The notes under the pieces: model-generated
What the model was told of the DNA's origin: nothing
Database searches by the model: none
What the model saw: the letters and a program-made list of their open reading frames with translations, nothing else
Shown: piece by piece, positions 63,027 to 64,000 of the stretch
Layout: every line of letters starts with the position of its first letter
Position numbering within the stretch: the stretch's first letter is position 1
Made by a program: the position numbers and the translations under genes
From: Salpingoeca rosetta
Lineage: Eukaryota; Protista; Choanoflagellata
DNA: 64,000 nucleotides
Direction of reading: 5' to 3'
Assembly: GCA_033442325.1 (NCBI GenBank)
Contig: JAWQFM010000009.1
Span: forward strand, 1,802,006-1,866,005

Positions 63027-64000
63027 TTATGGCGTGGTCACAGATTGGAGCCAGCTGTTGACGTTGACAATGTCATGGCACGACACCCACACCGGCCGCT
63101 GCCACGCCGCTTGCTGTTGGATGCATGGATGCACAAGCGCCTGTGTGGTGCTGCTACTGCTGTTGCTGCTTGCATCACGTGTGCCCAGCACCCAATACAG
63201 GCATCCAAGAAGCAGCGGCGACTTTGCCTCCGTCGCCTGCACAGCCACGACAATCGTGCCAGCCGTCACTTCATCATCATCACCCGCATCACGCGCCCAA
63301 CCATCATGCTGCTGCAGGCGTTGTTGTTGTTGTTGTTGTTGTTGTTGTGTGGGATCCAATTCTGCACTTTCGAGGCCTTTCACTTCACATTCCTGCCGAT
63401 CATCATCATTTGTACTTTCCTGTGCATTGCCGTCGTCATCATCATGATCATCGTCGCTGTCACCATCATCGCTCTCATGTACAGCTGGTCGGTGCTGCTG
63501 GTGTTGCTTCAGCTGTCGGCGCCGCTGCCGCTGCTGCACATGCAACCCAAGAAACGATTCACTGGCCTTCACCCCTTCCAACCTGTGCGCTACTGCCGAG
63601 GAGAACGCGATGTCGACAGAACAACCCGTGTGCTGGGCCGTGTGGCTTCCACCCGGTTCGTCCTCGAAGAAAGTGTCACCAACGGAGACCTCCCGCAGCA
63701 CACTGTGCATGTCCTCGCCATGAACACCACCACCAACACCAGCACCAACACTGTCGTCGTCACCAACACTAACACCAGCAACAGCACCAGCAACAGCACC
63801 GTGGCCCTGGACACGGCCATCACAGCCATCTTCCTGCCCTTCGTCTTCCTCCGTAATCAGCCGCAGCTTGGGCGGCGACCGCTGCATTCTCGGTGCTGCT
63901 GGGCCAGGGGCTCGCTGCGTTCCCTGTGCATGCAGTGGCGAGGGCACCAGCATGCTCACACGCCCATATCGCCTGCGTTCGCGGCCGGAACTCGTTGCTG
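63027..64000 (-). CDS. 3' part of uncharacterised gene extending beyond window end
   Basis: At least 310 codons of open frame with acidic and poly-Q low complexity and a short ordered C-terminal segment. No family recognised. Confidence 0.55.
   Translation of the reverse strand, partial: ATSSGRERRRYGRVSMLVPSPLHAQGTQRAPGPAAPRMQRSPPKLRLITEEDEGQEDGCDGRVQGHGAVAGAVAGVSVGDDDSVGAGVGGGVHGEDMHSVLREVSVGDTFFEDEPGGSHTAQHTGCSVDIAFSSAVAHRLEGVKASESFLGLHVQQRQRRRQLKQHQQHRPAVHESDDGDSDDDHDDDDGNAQESTNDDDRQECEVKGLESAELDPTQQQQQQQQQRLQQHDGWARDAGDDDEVTAGTIVVAVQATEAKSPLLLGCLYWVLGTRDASSNSSSSTTQALVHPCIQQQAAWQRPVWVSCHDIVNVNSWLQSVTTP

Noticed and set aside
63027-63280. SH3-like fold at the C-terminus of the last gene
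   Set aside because: The resemblance is too weak to call without a profile search.

Overview
Intron-rich, microsatellite-rich eukaryotic DNA, most consistent with a choanoflagellate such as Salpingoeca rosetta. That assignment is inferred from holozoan-type genes plus (CA)/(GT)-packed introns. I reconstructed about 12 spliced genes by eye from GT-AG junctions: WAVE/SCAR, a KIF21-type kinesin-4, a receptor guanylyl cyclase (one complete copy plus a partial inverted near-identical copy), UBE2T, a probable CEP152/Asterless homologue, an intronless PH-domain protein, a TALE homeobox gene, an elongated alpha-actinin, a kinase-less receptor-L-domain membrane protein, DNAJC7, tropomyosin, a Shc-type PTB adaptor, and the 3' end of an unknown gene. 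The most interesting observations are: (1) a recent inverted segmental duplication flanking WAVE+KIF21 that copies the cyclase and leaves an orphan WAVE acidic tail; (2) a cyclase ectodomain of Ig-like repeats + Venus flytrap + EGF repeats; (3) a recurring GT-after-donor / CA-before-acceptor repeat polarity that may define splice sites; (4) an alpha-actinin with 7 spectrin repeats; (5) CEP152-like and EGFR/InsR-L-domain proteins outside animals. All homology calls come from remembered motifs, not database searches. Exon coordinates are approximate unless stated.
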